From NCBI RefSeq assembly GCF_038025025.1, contig NW_027117342.1, forward strand, positions 744,001 through 808,000: DNA of 64,000 nt, given 5' to 3'. Position numbers and translations under genes: made by a program. Source of the DNA: Phyllosticta citribraziliensis. Taxonomy: Eukaryota. Numbering within the stretch: the first letter of the stretch is position 1; each line of letters opens with the position of its first letter. The notes beneath the pieces were generated by a model. The model worked only from the letters and a program-made list of their open reading frames with translations, did not search any database and was not told the origin of the DNA. Shown piece by piece: positions 1-11,579 of the stretch.

Positions 1-838
1 CTTACCCATCGTCATCATCGTCGTCTTCAGCAAGCGTCAGATCGATCACAACCTTGGGCTTTTTTGGCGCAGGGCCTTCTTCGTCGTGGTCTGTTGTTGG
101 ACGTGTCGGTGGAGGTGGAGCACCAGCCTCGGGCTTAATTTTTGGCGTCGTGCTTGCGCTTGTAATTGCATTGGTAGCAAGGATGGCCAGGTTTCGGCGG
201 ACTTCTGAAGACGTGGACTGCGTGCTCTGCCTGGGCAGGAGGCTGATAAGCTCGTCCGTGGAAATCTATTTCACACACAAGTAGTTAGCTTTCTACTCGT
301 CTTTACCAGGCTGCAGCAGGGATCCTGACTTCTGATCTGGACATTTTGGCGTGAGAGAGATGGTGATGTAGGGTAAAAGAGGTGAGGGGAAAAGGCGGGA
401 AAGAGAGCGATGGGTATTTCATTGAAAGGTCCGGCATGGCCTGCTGCCGGGATAGGCAGGTTAACCATTGTTATCATTTTTGTCTCCATCAACCGTGAGA
501 TTGATCACAACCTTGAGCCTTTTCGGCGCCGGGGCTTGTTCGTCGTGGTCTGTTGGCGGACGTGTCGGAAGGCGCGCATGATCGTCCTCCGACTTGATTG
601 CTATCCGTGACTGTCCGATGCTGTGTGCGGTGGGAGGGAACAGACTCTGACGCTTGGACCGGGGGACTTCTTCGTCGACATCACTCGCGTCGTCGACTCT
701 CGCACGCTTCAAGGCGAAGACCTCTTCCTCAGTCAACTCTCTGGGCTTCCGCTGCCTGGGATACGAGCCAGAATGCGGCAATACACGACTGCTCCCTGAG
801 TGCGGCTGCAGCAGCAGATGGACGCTCCTGAAGCGCAA
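1..838 (-). CDS. Partial multi-exon hypothetical protein with two copies of a basic + SIM-like module; may be degenerate; runs off the left edge
   Basis: Minus-strand reading 265..6 gives ISTDELISRLL...PTRPTTDHDEEGPAPKKPKVVIDLTLAEDDDDDDG followed by GTAAG; ORF 461..838 ends PTRPPTDHDEQAPAPKRLKVVINLTVDGDKNDNNG; intron-like GTAAAG..GCTAAC..TAG at about 306-266. Confidence 0.5.
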
Positions 839-966
839 CTGTATCAGGGAGTGAATGCTTCAAAAGCGCGGCTGGAGCAGCAGACGGATGCTCCTAAAGT
901 TCAACTGCAGCAGCAGATGAATGGTCCTGAAGCGCGACTGTGGCAGCGGAGGAACGCTCCCCAGAT
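802..966. repeat. Five degenerate 33-bp tandem units
   Basis: Units such as GCGGCTGCAGCAGCAGATGGACGCTCCTGAAGC; plus strand reads RLQQQMDAPEA/QLYQGVNASKA/RLEQQTDAPKV/QLQQQMNGPEA/RLWQRRNAPQM. Confidence 0.8.
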
Positions 967-1126
967 GCACTCGCTGCCCTGTCTCCTCATTCGTTTCCTA
1001 AAGCGGGCCGTGGATATCACAACATGGGTCGAGGGGAAAAGCTTCGAGTTTTCAAACCAGGGCTGCATCGCTCAAGGCCACTGGCAACATTTTGTGAACA
1101 GTCATTTCTCCTAAATGCTGTCTATC

Positions 1127-2979
1127 CTATCTTCCATGAACAAACAGCTGCAGTCCGCCCGATGTGGCACTCCTCCAAGGAAAGACGGGCCTTCGCGATA
1201 TCTCGGTGCAAGGCGCGACGTTGCCGGTTTCGTCAGCCGCGGTCGTCTTCCCCAAGCCAAAGTCAAGTCCAAGGCATGCATAACCAAGCTTAAAAAGCAT
1301 TTCCACTGTCCAGTCCAACGGCAAAACCTGATGGGCTTTCAGCTGCCGGCTGCTTCCCTCGACCATCCAGGTTTCTGGGTCGTCCTTGGTGAAACCAAAC
1401 GGATCGCATGCCGCCTGAAATGAGCGTGCTTTAGCAGATGACTTGTTGAGCATGGCTTGCAAAGCAAAGAAGTCCCGATTTCCTTCACAACCTTGGTCCA
1501 TGATCTCTTTGGCAGTCAGATCGATGTCGGGTTGGGCCGTATCCATCGGTTGTGCTGTTTTTCCGTTCAACAAGTGGTCAAGAGGCAGGCTTGGCTTCTG
1601 CATCTGTGGGTAAACGACGTGTTTTCCTTTTTGCGTTGACTGGAAAATAGAAAGAAGGATCTTCTCACCATGGTGAGGAGGGATCGAGGGGCGGTGAGGC
1701 AGTTTGGTGAACGACTCGTGGATTGACTTGATGAGCACCTTTTGCATCGACTGGAAAATGGAAAGAAGGATCTTCTCACGGTGGTGAGGAGGGATGGAGG
1801 GGCGGTGAGGCAACTTGGCGTAAGACTCGTGAATTGACTTGATGAGCACCCCTTGCGCACCCCCAAACCTCTTTTGCGTCGACTGGAAAATGGGAAGAAG
1901 AATCTTCTCACGGTGGTGAGAATGGATCGAGGGGCGGTGAGGCAGTCTGGCGAACGACTCGTGGATTGACTTGATGAGCACCCTTTGCGCATTCTCAACC
2001 TCTTTGGCATCCGAGTACTGCTCTTCGTCGTCGTCGGATGACTCATCCTCATCTGAAGCCGGCTCGAACGCCTGGAACGGATCCTCCCCGCCCGTCTTCT
2101 CAACAAGCTTGGCTTTGTTCACGTCTTCGTCGCTGAAGAACTGGGGTCTGATGGCCGCCACTTCCCTCAAAGGGCCTCCAGCGCTGATGCGGCCCTCTTG
2201 TCGATGGCGCAAAGCGAAGCGAAGAAGTTGGGTCAAGCGAAAGAAGTCCTCGGTGTGCAGTCCCCCGACCTTTCGAGGGTTCTCTTTCTCAGTGGCCGGT
2301 CCTGAAAGGCAGCTTGCAGGGATGACATCCTTCAACCTCCAGGAAGCAAAGAGAAAATTGATGTGGTCCACGATGGAGTCGTTTTTGAAGAAAGCTTTGA
2401 GCTCAGCATCTTTCATGTGGAGGTCTTTTTTCAAAGGGAAGTTGGCGACGGGGAAGAGTGCAGATGCAATGTTGACGTCAAGCTCGTCGTCGTCGTGCAA
2501 TTGCTTCACGCGTGTGCCGATGACTCTGGAGTTGTCTTTGTATCCTCGGAACTCTTCGACGATGAGAGCAAGGCGTTCCGTGTCTCCCAGTGATTTCAGG
2601 GAACTTGGGGGGCCAGGCATATCCGCTTGGATCAACAGTCGTGCCTCCTTGGTGTTGTCCAGATTCAAGTAACCAGCCAGAAGCGGGGCACTGGAGTAGA
2701 GATTGCTGTGCTCGATGACGGTGACCCCCTTTGGATTCTTGGAGAAAGCTGCCAGGATGGGGCTCGCCTTTGATGGGGAGCTCACACTTCCAGCCGTGGG
2801 AGTCGCGGGCTGTTTCTTCTTCGGCGTTGAGGGCGCCGCAGGGGTGGCGGGCTTCGTCTGGGGGTCGCCGCCTGCTTTGGTGATGACGCCGGCTCGGAGG
2901 TCGCAGCCTGCCTGGAGGATGCCGCCGGCTTGGAGTTCGCCGCCGGCTTCGAAGGTGCCGCCGTCTTCTTGGGTGGCAT
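1127..2979 (-). pseudogene. Truncated SNF2-family ATPase gene with long N-terminal region
   Basis: ORF 1127..2785 ends with LKAHQVLPLDW (SNF2 Q-motif-like) and CLGLDFGLGKT (cf. LADEMGLGKT); an alternative frame at about 1163-1190 gives RLSLEECH (motif II-like); MPPKK start at 2979 joins the long ORF only via a frameshift at the G5 run 2860-2864. Confidence 0.6.
1630..1982. repeat. Three in-frame tandem coding repeats (about 111 and 132 bp periods)
   Basis: VLIKSIHES(F/Y)xxLPHRPSIxxHHxEKILLxIFQSxQK occurs three times in the 552-aa ORF. Confidence 0.95.
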
Positions 2980-3865
2980 GGTGTCACTGTTTTTTGGTTG
3001 GCTCAGCTGTGTTTGGGAGAGGCTGCCGAGGGAAGGAAGTTGTAACCTGCGGTTGATTCTTGTAACGCAATTGTCTCAAGGATGATTCGTGTTCGTCGCT
3101 CTCGTTGTCGTCTTCATCTTTGTCGTCGTCTTCGGGGTCCAGGACGGGGAGAGTGGAGTGGAGGAAAGATGGTTTGGGGGCAGTAGAGGAATACCAATGT
3201 TCACGCCACGCGAGCGCCCGCTGACTCACCACGAGAAGCGCCTGCGTCCTTTTTGGGACTAGTACCTGTAAGACGATGGAAGAGTTGCAGGCGCGCGTAA
3301 GGCACTTTGGAGACGGATGAGGAGGGAGCTCTAGACTGGCAGGAAAACCAATTGTACGATGCGGTCGAAGTCGGTGCCAGCCGAGAGGTGGGCTGTGGGC
3401 GCAGAAGAAATGCCGAGATGAAGAAGTCAAAAACCGTGGGTCTATTTTGTCTATGAGGAACGCGCGCGTAGAGACGCGCCGCCTGGTAAATGGCACTGCT
3501 GTGAAATGGAACCATCCGGTCCCTCTGATGCCCGGCCCTTCCAATCATCACTGACGTCACCTGCACCGGAAGCGAGCCGAGCGGCACAACAGAACGCAAG
3601 ACTCTTTGCCATCCTCTCTATTTACCTGGCCCGGCCTCTCTCTGTCGCCCCAGTATTTTCTCAGACGCGTGGACTTCGGTTCCAGTTCCAGCCTTGTCGC
3701 AATTCTGTCTACTCGCCGGAGTCTTTCCGTCGCGCCAAAATCTTCTCCCGGATGAAACCAAGGCTTCAGATCACGGCCCCGACAACATCCTCTCCACTCG
3801 CCTCCGCCTTTCTGTCGCTCACCCCACTCCAACGCTTCAGGTCCCAGCACTCCAGCCTCAAGAAA

Positions 3866-4760
3866 ATGGGTACGAGGCAACCTGGTTTTTCCCTACGGGC
3901 GTGGTACTAACAGGGTTCCTGTAGAATCCATCGATGACCTCAAGGCCAGATTCTTCGCCGTCTACAAATCCCTCAACCATCTGTCGAAGGGGCTTCTGCA
4001 ACAAGCCTTGTCTTACATGGCGGTCCTCTACCAAAACGACGCCCTCCGGGCACCCACCACGGAGATCGACGATTTAATTCACGGCTGGGCCGCACACTCG
4101 GCCGGCGAATCAGCAAACGGCAGACCGGCTTTCCAAAATTGGTGCCACGAATCCCCGGAAGGCCACGCGCTCATGATGGACTGCAAGAAGACAGCGCAGA
4201 AGGAGAGGGAGCAAGCTGGAATTGCGGACAAGCAAATCCTCACCGCAGATACGGTCAACAGATGGCTTCTGGACTGCCCAGAGGAGTTGAGGCGCATGAT
4301 GGAGTCCCTGGATGGCCCCGATGGCTGGTACGACGAAGAAATAACCAGCGAGCATGAGGCTGTTGAAGGCGCTGCAGGCAAAGAGGCCGAAGGTAGCAAG
4401 GGCGCTGCCGAGACCAGGGAGAAACGCGAGGAATCAGAGCTTGGTCGTGACAAAACCAAGCGCGCCGAGAAGGCTTCCACGGCGTACAATCAGCAACAGC
4501 TCGAAGCGAAGGAAAAGAACGAGTTGTGTGAAATCTGCAGCGAGCTTGGTGTCACGGGATACAAGAGGGCTGATGAGCAGCGCTTGGTGGCAGAAATTTG
4601 CCAGAAGCAATCGGATTCTGGCCAGGAGGAAGAAGATAAGGAGGAAAGCGAGGAAGAAGACGAGGAAGACGACGAGGGAGGCCTGTTGGATGCGCGGATT
4701 GCGGCCATGGAGCAAGAGTTGGAGACACTCAAGAAGCAGCGTCAGGAGGCGAAGAAATGA
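3866..4760 (+). CDS. Hypothetical protein with Rho_N/HeH (SAP-like) motif, acidic tract and C-terminal coiled coil
   Basis: ATG 3866 (in-frame ATG also at 3752), intron GTACGA..TACTAAC..TAG 3870-3924 restores the frame of ORF 4008..4760; LEAKEKNELCEICSELGVTGYKRADEQRLVAEI. Confidence 0.65.
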
Positions 4761-5634
4761 AGAATAGAGGGAAGGGGAAGAGGGCTACACTCATGCACCA
4801 TCCATGTCCGCGTGGGAACTACTTGTGGTAGATTCATAGAACATAAAGCGGGACGGGTCTATTGAGCAGCTACCATGAGCTTCCGTAAATTTGCATCCAA
4901 GGCACAATCAAACACGGGAAGTTTCCAGAATACCTCTACACTGGCTCCGTACATTGTTTGGTTTCAACGGAGTTTGTTGTGTATCATTGTTCAGGAACCC
5001 TTTATTGGAGTGACCAAGTTCCGTTTGTTTTTGCTTTTGAGAGGACAAAGGCGCGTTCATGATACAACACGCAGCAGATTGTTGGATGGTGAATTGAAGT
5101 TGACAACGCTTTGGTTTGCGTTCTCATCTCTGCTCTATTCCAGCCTTAAGCAGCTGCCGGCTTTCTTCTAGACAATCCCATCAGTGCGCCGCATCAAGGA
5201 AGTCTTCCTTTTCCATTAACACGACTGATGAATGCTCTTTATGAATTGAGGCATATGATCTGTGCAGTAGACAGGCTCAAGATGGCTACCTACGCAGCAA
5301 CCCCCGCTTCTCACTCCCGCATATCTGTTGATGTAGAAAAGGTGGCCGCCCACGCCGCCCACAACCGCCCGCATTTTGAAACTGTATGTGTGGGCGCACC
5401 AACCAACATCAACATCTGCACCTCGCCTGAGCCCAGACGCAGACATACTCCCTCCATCCTGCACCTACCTTGGGCGCGGCCGCCTGATCCTTCAACGTCA
5501 CCGCCCACCGTCCGCCCCCCATCCTCCGCCCTGCACACCTCGCGGGCTTGGCCACCTGGACCTCATCCTTCACTCGCATCACCACGTTGAGCTCAGCGTC
5601 AGGCCTTTTCCCTCGACCCTCAATCTTCCTCGCC

Positions 5635-6653
5635 ATGCCCTCGACACCGCCGAAAACCCCAATCAAGCCTACCAGGCAAGAAGGCCTCACCAGGTAAGTA
5701 CCCACTCTTTGAACGGCCAGATCATGAACAGTTTTTCTTACCAGCGCGGATGTCACATAGTTCTGGTGCGTCCGGCACCCGCAAGCGGAAGCGAGACAAC
5801 TCACCCGGTCCTGATCTCACCTCCAAGCAACCGAAAGTGGGCTCAAGCGCGCTGGCTTCACGACAGGTGATCCTCGCCGGCCAGTCCGGCGTCCTGGACA
5901 ACATGTTGGGATGGCTCTTTCCGTGCAATGCGGCTGAGCAGAAAGAAGCAGGTAAATTTCCCTAGCTCTTCTTCTTCTTCTCCACTGTAGTAACATGCTT
6001 CAGGCATCACCTCGGGATTCATCGAGCAACAGAAGACTCATGTGCGCGCCATGATCTTCATCGTCAAGCATGAAGTCAGCGGCGAAGATATCAACCGGAT
6101 CCTGAGAGGCCACCACCTTTACGACGCGAAGACAGTTCTCATCCACAAGGAATGGTCGAAGGCCGTCACGGAATGGCAACGTAAGGTCCTGAACTTCGTC
6201 AGTAAAGTCGTTACTGCGGAGATCCTCCCGGCTGTCAAGGGTACGGCCTCTGACCCGATGAAGATGGATGATATCGGCGCTCGCTTCCAAGTCTGGGCCG
6301 ACTTTTACAACAAGAATCCGGCCAATGTTGCAAAGAACATGTGGGCTCCCGTCAAGTGGGTCATCGACTGGGACGCCATCTACGACACCCCAAAATGCGT
6401 TAGCCAAGAGATTGCAAGCATCTTGAAGAAGTGGAGGAACTATTTCCTCCAATGCTTTGTCATGGCTGCTGATTATTCCTTCCTCTTTCGCAACGCAGCT
6501 AAGGAAGACCCCGAAGTCGTAGCGGAGTTCCTGGCAGCTCATGAGACGGAATACACCCTATTCCGCAGCACCCCCCTGGATGATGGCTTGGATGTCCCGG
6601 ATATCACCGAGATTCCGGTCTCTGAGGCAGTCTTGCCCAAGACCACAAGGTAA
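5635..6653 (+). CDS. Unassigned family F, copy 1
   Basis: Introns 5694-5760 and 5952-6003 join MPSTPPKTP / RKRKRD...VILAGQSGVLDNMLGWLFP / VRAMIFIVKHEV...; homologous to 10535-11579. Confidence 0.75.
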
Positions 6654-6995
6654 TTCTAGCCAGACAGTCTAGTGTTATCCATTCTACTAGACTACCCAGA
6701 CCCAGCTAACATGAATTTGCTCTCGGGATGATAGGCACTCGGGATTGAAGTAAATGGGAGTACTCGACGGAAGGGCTGCCATTAGAGTATTGGCACATCG
6801 CCACAGTCAGGGTTTTGCCTTTCACTTGGCTTGCTTCTAGCACGATTAGGATTTTAACGTCTGTCTTTCTCATACGCACGAATGCTCCCCGTGTTTCCGT
6901 GATCGGGAGCGTGTCCGCATACCCGAAGAATTGTCTCCGTCTGTAGCCGAGGTCAGGACATGACAAGCTTCCGCCCCTCCCTCAGAGCATACATG

Positions 6996-8060
6996 TCATG
7001 ACCAGCGTAGTTGCGCCATTCTAGAGCCTTCGTCATTTTCATCGCTCTCCTGCCCTTCTTCAGAAAACTCTATAGCCGCACCAGAGTCGTGAGGAACTCC
7101 GGAGGCTTCCGCAAATCCCCGGTCCAACGTGCCACTGGGAGCATTGATCCAGCTGCTGGGTCCCTCTCCAGCTTCGCCGGACGCGAAGTTATCTCCGCTG
7201 TCAGTGAGAGCGTCACTCCACGCACAAGCGCCTCCTGGGGCTTGGTCGAAAGTGGCGCCATCTCCAGCTGCGGAGTTTAAATCACCACTCATGTCCATGT
7301 TGAATACGGCATCCGCCGTGATGTCTTCAAGCCAGCGATGGGTGTACGCTCTCCCCATCTGTCTGGCAGGAGTCTGATAACAGGCTGCTTCATCTTCGAG
7401 AAATTCTTGAGGACCCAGGGAAACACAATTGCACGCGCTTACCTTTCGCATGTTTCTCAAATTCATGAAGATACTCGTGCCGTACCCTGTTCATCCTGTT
7501 GCGGTCTCTGAGGAAGCCGGGGCCGCGCATCCTTACGACGCCGACCATACTCTGAGCCGAGGCAAACGTCTCCAGCTGCGCGTTGACGATGGCGGAGCTT
7601 TCTTCCACGTGCACTACACACTGGAGCTGAAGTGCTTGTTTGAGCACACGGGCGATGGGAGCTTTGCCATCAAGCTCAGCTGGGCCTTAGTGATGGATTT
7701 CCGTCCAAGTCTTGCTCTTCATTGCCCTGTGAATAAACCTGCTCACACATGAGCCGTCTTAACTGACCCTCTTGAAATAAAAAACCTCAAACTGGTATGC
7801 AACATCGACGCTCGGGACGTACTTGAGCTTCTCTCACTTGAGAATCACATGTGCTGCAGCGATGCACGTCCAAGAAGCATTCATCTGTCATTTCATGGTT
7901 CTTGAGACCTCCCTTGCCCTCTACAGAAAGTCTCTACAAACAGCCAATGTATTTAGGAACTCCTTGGTCGTATCTGATCCTCATTGGACTGCGTCTTCTA
8001 TCGCTAAGCCAGCAGGCACTGCCTGTGGTGAGTCGGCAAACAACGCCCACTGACGGATGA
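6996..8060 (-). pseudogene. Heavily degraded SF1B helicase remnant (H1) with acidic C-terminal tail
   Basis: AQLETFASAQSMVGVVRMRGPGFLRDRNRMN (ORF 7390..7647) matches MESFDTIQS...DLVRTSGPGFLRDSRRVN of the 25.4-28.2 kb helicase; weaker PAGL..DRR and LDVHRC traces upstream; GTAAGC donor at about 7443. Confidence 0.55.
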
Positions 8061-8400
8061 CGCTTCGGAGTCTTTCAAGAAGCTTGCCTAGTTGGAGACA
8101 GACGTGAATCTTGAGACAAACCGAACTGACCGGTCAGCAGGCGCAAGAAGATTTCCCGAAAGGGTATGGTGCGGGCGCAACAGGCGACGGGGCTAGCGCA
8201 CCGCACATCGTATAAATACCTCGCTCCTCCCCCCTCCACCACCTTTTCTCACTATCCGCCCGTCCGGCTTTCTGAGGTACGCGTTCTCATGACTGGTGCT
8301 CCACTGCACCAAGCCCCCCACTTTGACCGGTTTGCTAACCTTTTCTTTTGCCAGAATGGAAGTCGGGCCTGGTTGGGTCCCAGCCGCTTGGCGGCTGGTT

Positions 8401-8550
8401 GGTGGACCGGCCGTTGGATGGTCCACCCCGACAAGCTCCAGCGGCATGCATGTGCCTACCCTGCGGACCAAAGGCGTGCAGTCTTCTCTCCTCCCCTTTT
8501 TTGCTGTTTTGTTTCCAACCTTTTCTGGACCGGCCGTTGGATGGTCCACC
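8401..8550. repeat. Two copies of a 25-bp hairpin-forming motif
   Basis: TGGACCGGCCGTTGGATGGTCCACC at about 8403 and 8526; GGTGGACC/GGTCCACC stem in the first copy. Confidence 0.8.
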
Positions 8551-8731
8551 TCGACAATACCCGCTTGACACTGTCAGAGCCCGGGAGGCCTCACATGGCT
8601 CAAGTCTTCATCGTTCCATCGAGTGAGTGAGCCCACCTGCTCTGCTTCAGCGGCTTTTTTGAGTACAACCACGTTGAGTGTTTTCTGACAAGTGACTTGG
8701 CAGGAACTCGTTGGATCTTCCCCTCGACAAT

Positions 8732-8978
8732 GTACGCCAACAGCCCGTACTTCGACAAATTGGACACTACCGCTGCCAGTCCATTGCAATAAGCCGAGCT
8801 CGGCTGCCATTTCCACCTTTTTCGTTCCCTTGCAGCTTTTTCGCTCAATCCTTGGGTCTTGCGCTTGACGATCCGTTTCGACAGTGTACGCCATCAGACT
8901 CGTACCTGCGACAATTTGGACACTACCATTGCCAGTCCACTGCGAAGATCGGAGTCCGGCGACAATTTTCACTTTTTT
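8732..8978. repeat. Two diverged direct repeats, period about 154 bp
   Basis: GTACGCCAxCAG..CGTAC..CGACAAxTTGGACACTACC..TGCCAGTCCA at about 8732 and 8886. Confidence 0.8.
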
Positions 8979-9164
8979 GGTTTCCCTCTCTCTGCTCCGC
9001 ATCTTCTGCCTACCCAGGACAGGTAAGTTGTCACAATGCTTTTTCGCATGTCTTCCACAATTTGTTAATTGACTGTCTGCAGATTTTCCTCCACTGTCCG
9101 CTTCTTTTGGTCGCGTCTGCCGATTCCCAGCCAGCTTGACTGCGAAATCTGCACGCAATTCGCA

Positions 9165-9560
9165 CGCCACCGCCCTCGTCGATCGGTCAGACCACCAGCC
9201 TTTGGGGTTCAGCGCTCCCCGTTCAGAACCAAAATGCGCACTCGAATTACCTTCTCTCTCCGTCGACTTTCCCACACCGTCATCCTCGTCGATCGCTCAA
9301 ATCTTCGACTTTGGGGTTCAGCGCTCCCCGTTCATAATCAAAATGCGTACTTGAAACCCCTTTCTCGCAGTCTCCCACGCCACCGTCCTCGTCGATCGCT
9401 CAAAACATCGGCCTTTGGGGTTCAGCGCTCCCCGTTCATAATCAAAATGCGTACTTGAAACCCCTTTCTCGCAGTCTCCCACGCCACCGTCCTCGTCGAT
9501 CGCTCAAAACGTCGGCCTTTGGGGTTCAGCGCTCCCCGTTCATAATCAAAATACGCACGT
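9165..9560. repeat. Minisatellite, four units of about 104-109 bp
   Basis: TTTGGGGTTCAGCGCTCCC at 9201, 9310, 9414, 9518; units 3 and 4 nearly identical. Confidence 0.95.
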
Positions 9561-9780
9561 ACTCTACCCTCTTCCTCTTTGACATTTTCCGCGGCAGGCG
9601 TTGTGTTCAAGTTACTCTTCCCGCTTGCGCACCGGTTTTCGCCGGGTCTTCGTCAATCAATGAAACAAGGATTTCGGTGTACATGCATCAGCTTGCTTGA
9701 CAGTGCCTCTCCAGTGATTCCATCTTGTCGTGATCATTCTACGCTGTTTCTGACTTCAACTTTGCAGTATGAACTTCTAG

Positions 9781-10256
9781 GTACCATACATGGCCGCCCC
9801 CATCACAAATTCCACGACCAGCACACTCCAGAGAAGCTCGTACACCTTCGTAATATGATCTACGTCATCTACCACCACATCGACGGTGATGACATCGACA
9901 AGTTGATTGGAATCCACCGCCGCGCGACGTTTAAGACACTCTGGCTCAGTCAAAAGACGTACGGCGGAGTCAGGACTCTCCAATGCCAGATCCTGAAGTG
10001 GGTCAAGTTGCGTGTCGCGGAAATCTACCAGGCCAGTAAGAAGGCCGGCGCCAAAATGGAGGCGCTCACCAGTGCGCAACGCATTGAGCGCTACTGGACC
10101 CCATTCCTGCGCAACAATCCCGTTAGCATCATATACCGGTGTAGCCATGATCTCAAATGTGCGCGGGCGCCAGTGGTGACATTACTTTCAACAAAAGCGC
10201 GAACGACAGAATGGTTTCATACCCGCAGGAATGATGAGAAGACGAATGCTCCTTGA
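9781..10256 (+). pseudogene. Unassigned family F, copy 2 (truncated)
   Basis: EKLVHLRNMIYVIYHHIDGDDIDKLI...LQCQILKWV...RYWTPFLRNNP aligns with copies 1 and 3; similarity lost after about 10140; AG acceptor at 9780 in the matching phase. Confidence 0.6.
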
Positions 10257-10534
10257 ACGAGCCTACAACTACAGGTGGTGTGCGGATGGTAGACAAATAA
10301 AGTGCGTGATCTGAATCCGGGGAGCTGATTGGCGTAGCCAAAGTCGGCGAAGAAGCCCCATCGCCCAGACTTTGACCCGACCTTGGGCGTGGCCATCCGG
10401 TACTCCAACTTCCTCGCCCACCTTCCGACCCTTCTCACTCTGCATTCATCCTACCTTCCCATCTCTACAGCCACGCAAACTGCGACCCTCTCCTCTCCTC
10501 CCAACAACCCGGCAGACTGCAACCCTCGCAGATC

Positions 10535-11579
10535 ATGGGTTCCACGCCTCCCAGCACTCCCAAATCGAGACCATTCAGGTAAACAGGCTCTCCCGAGATC
10601 ATCAGGCAGTCTCTGATCTGAGTGCACATCACCTAGTCATGGAGCGCCCAGCTCAAACAAGCGCAAGAGAGAGGATCTGGAGCTTGAGGTGAAGAGTCCA
10701 GAAACAGACGCGGGCGGTCTTGCCGAAGACCGCGAGATTAAACTCGCGGGCCAGTCCGGTGTACTGGACGATGTGCTGGGCTACTTGGTCCCGGGAAACA
10801 CAGACAAGCCCAACGAGAAGGGTAATGACTCCATGAATGCATTTCCCACCTTCAGTTTACTAAATTCCTTAGGCTCCACTACTACCACGAGGGAAAAAGT
10901 CCAGATTGTGCGCGCCATGCTCTTTTTTGTTACACACGAGGTCGACCCCGCCGACATGATCAAGCTTCTTCGGGACCGCGACATGTGGAGCAAGGACATG
11001 GAGCTCGAGGCTGTTTCTTGGGCAGGCACCGTCTCAAACTGGCAGAACCGCACCCTCAATTTCGTATCGGACTCGATTCAGGCAGTGGTCAAGCAAAGGG
11101 AGACAGAGCTGCCCAAGATGACGGGGAAGGACCGGTCCCAGGTCTGGGCAACCGAGTATCGCAAAAACCCCATCCGCTATGCACAGAAGATGTGGGGCGC
11201 CGTCGGGGCCGTCGTCAAGTGGGACGTCATCTTCGACCCGCCCGCCACCTGCAGCAAGGAAATGAAGGACCTCATGCAGACCTGGAGGACGTACTTGATT
11301 CGCTGCTACGTTTACGCCGCGGAAAACTCCTACGTCTTTCGTCACCTCTACAAGATCGACCCAGAGGCCCTGCTTGAACACAAGATGGCGGGTGAAGATG
11401 AGTACAGCCTCTGGAGGGGTGCTCGCTTGACCGAGGCAATCAACCCGCCGAGCATCAAAGACATTCCAATTCCCTCCGAGTTCGCCCCCGCCAGAAAGAA
11501 GCGCCGGGCTGTCAAGCCCGCAAAAATTGCCAAACCCGGCAAAGACCTCAACGAGGCCATAGAAGGAATCATTGGCTAG
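10535..11579 (+). CDS. Unassigned family F, copy 3 (apparently intact)
   Basis: MGSTPPSTPK exon, introns 10579-10636 and 10822-10872; KRKRE, IKLAGQSGVLDDVLGYLVP, VRAMLFFVTHEV, C-terminal RKKRR. Confidence 0.8.

Noticed and set aside
9165..9560. CRISPR-like array
   Set aside because: Whole units repeat including the would-be spacers; eukaryotic context; no cas genes
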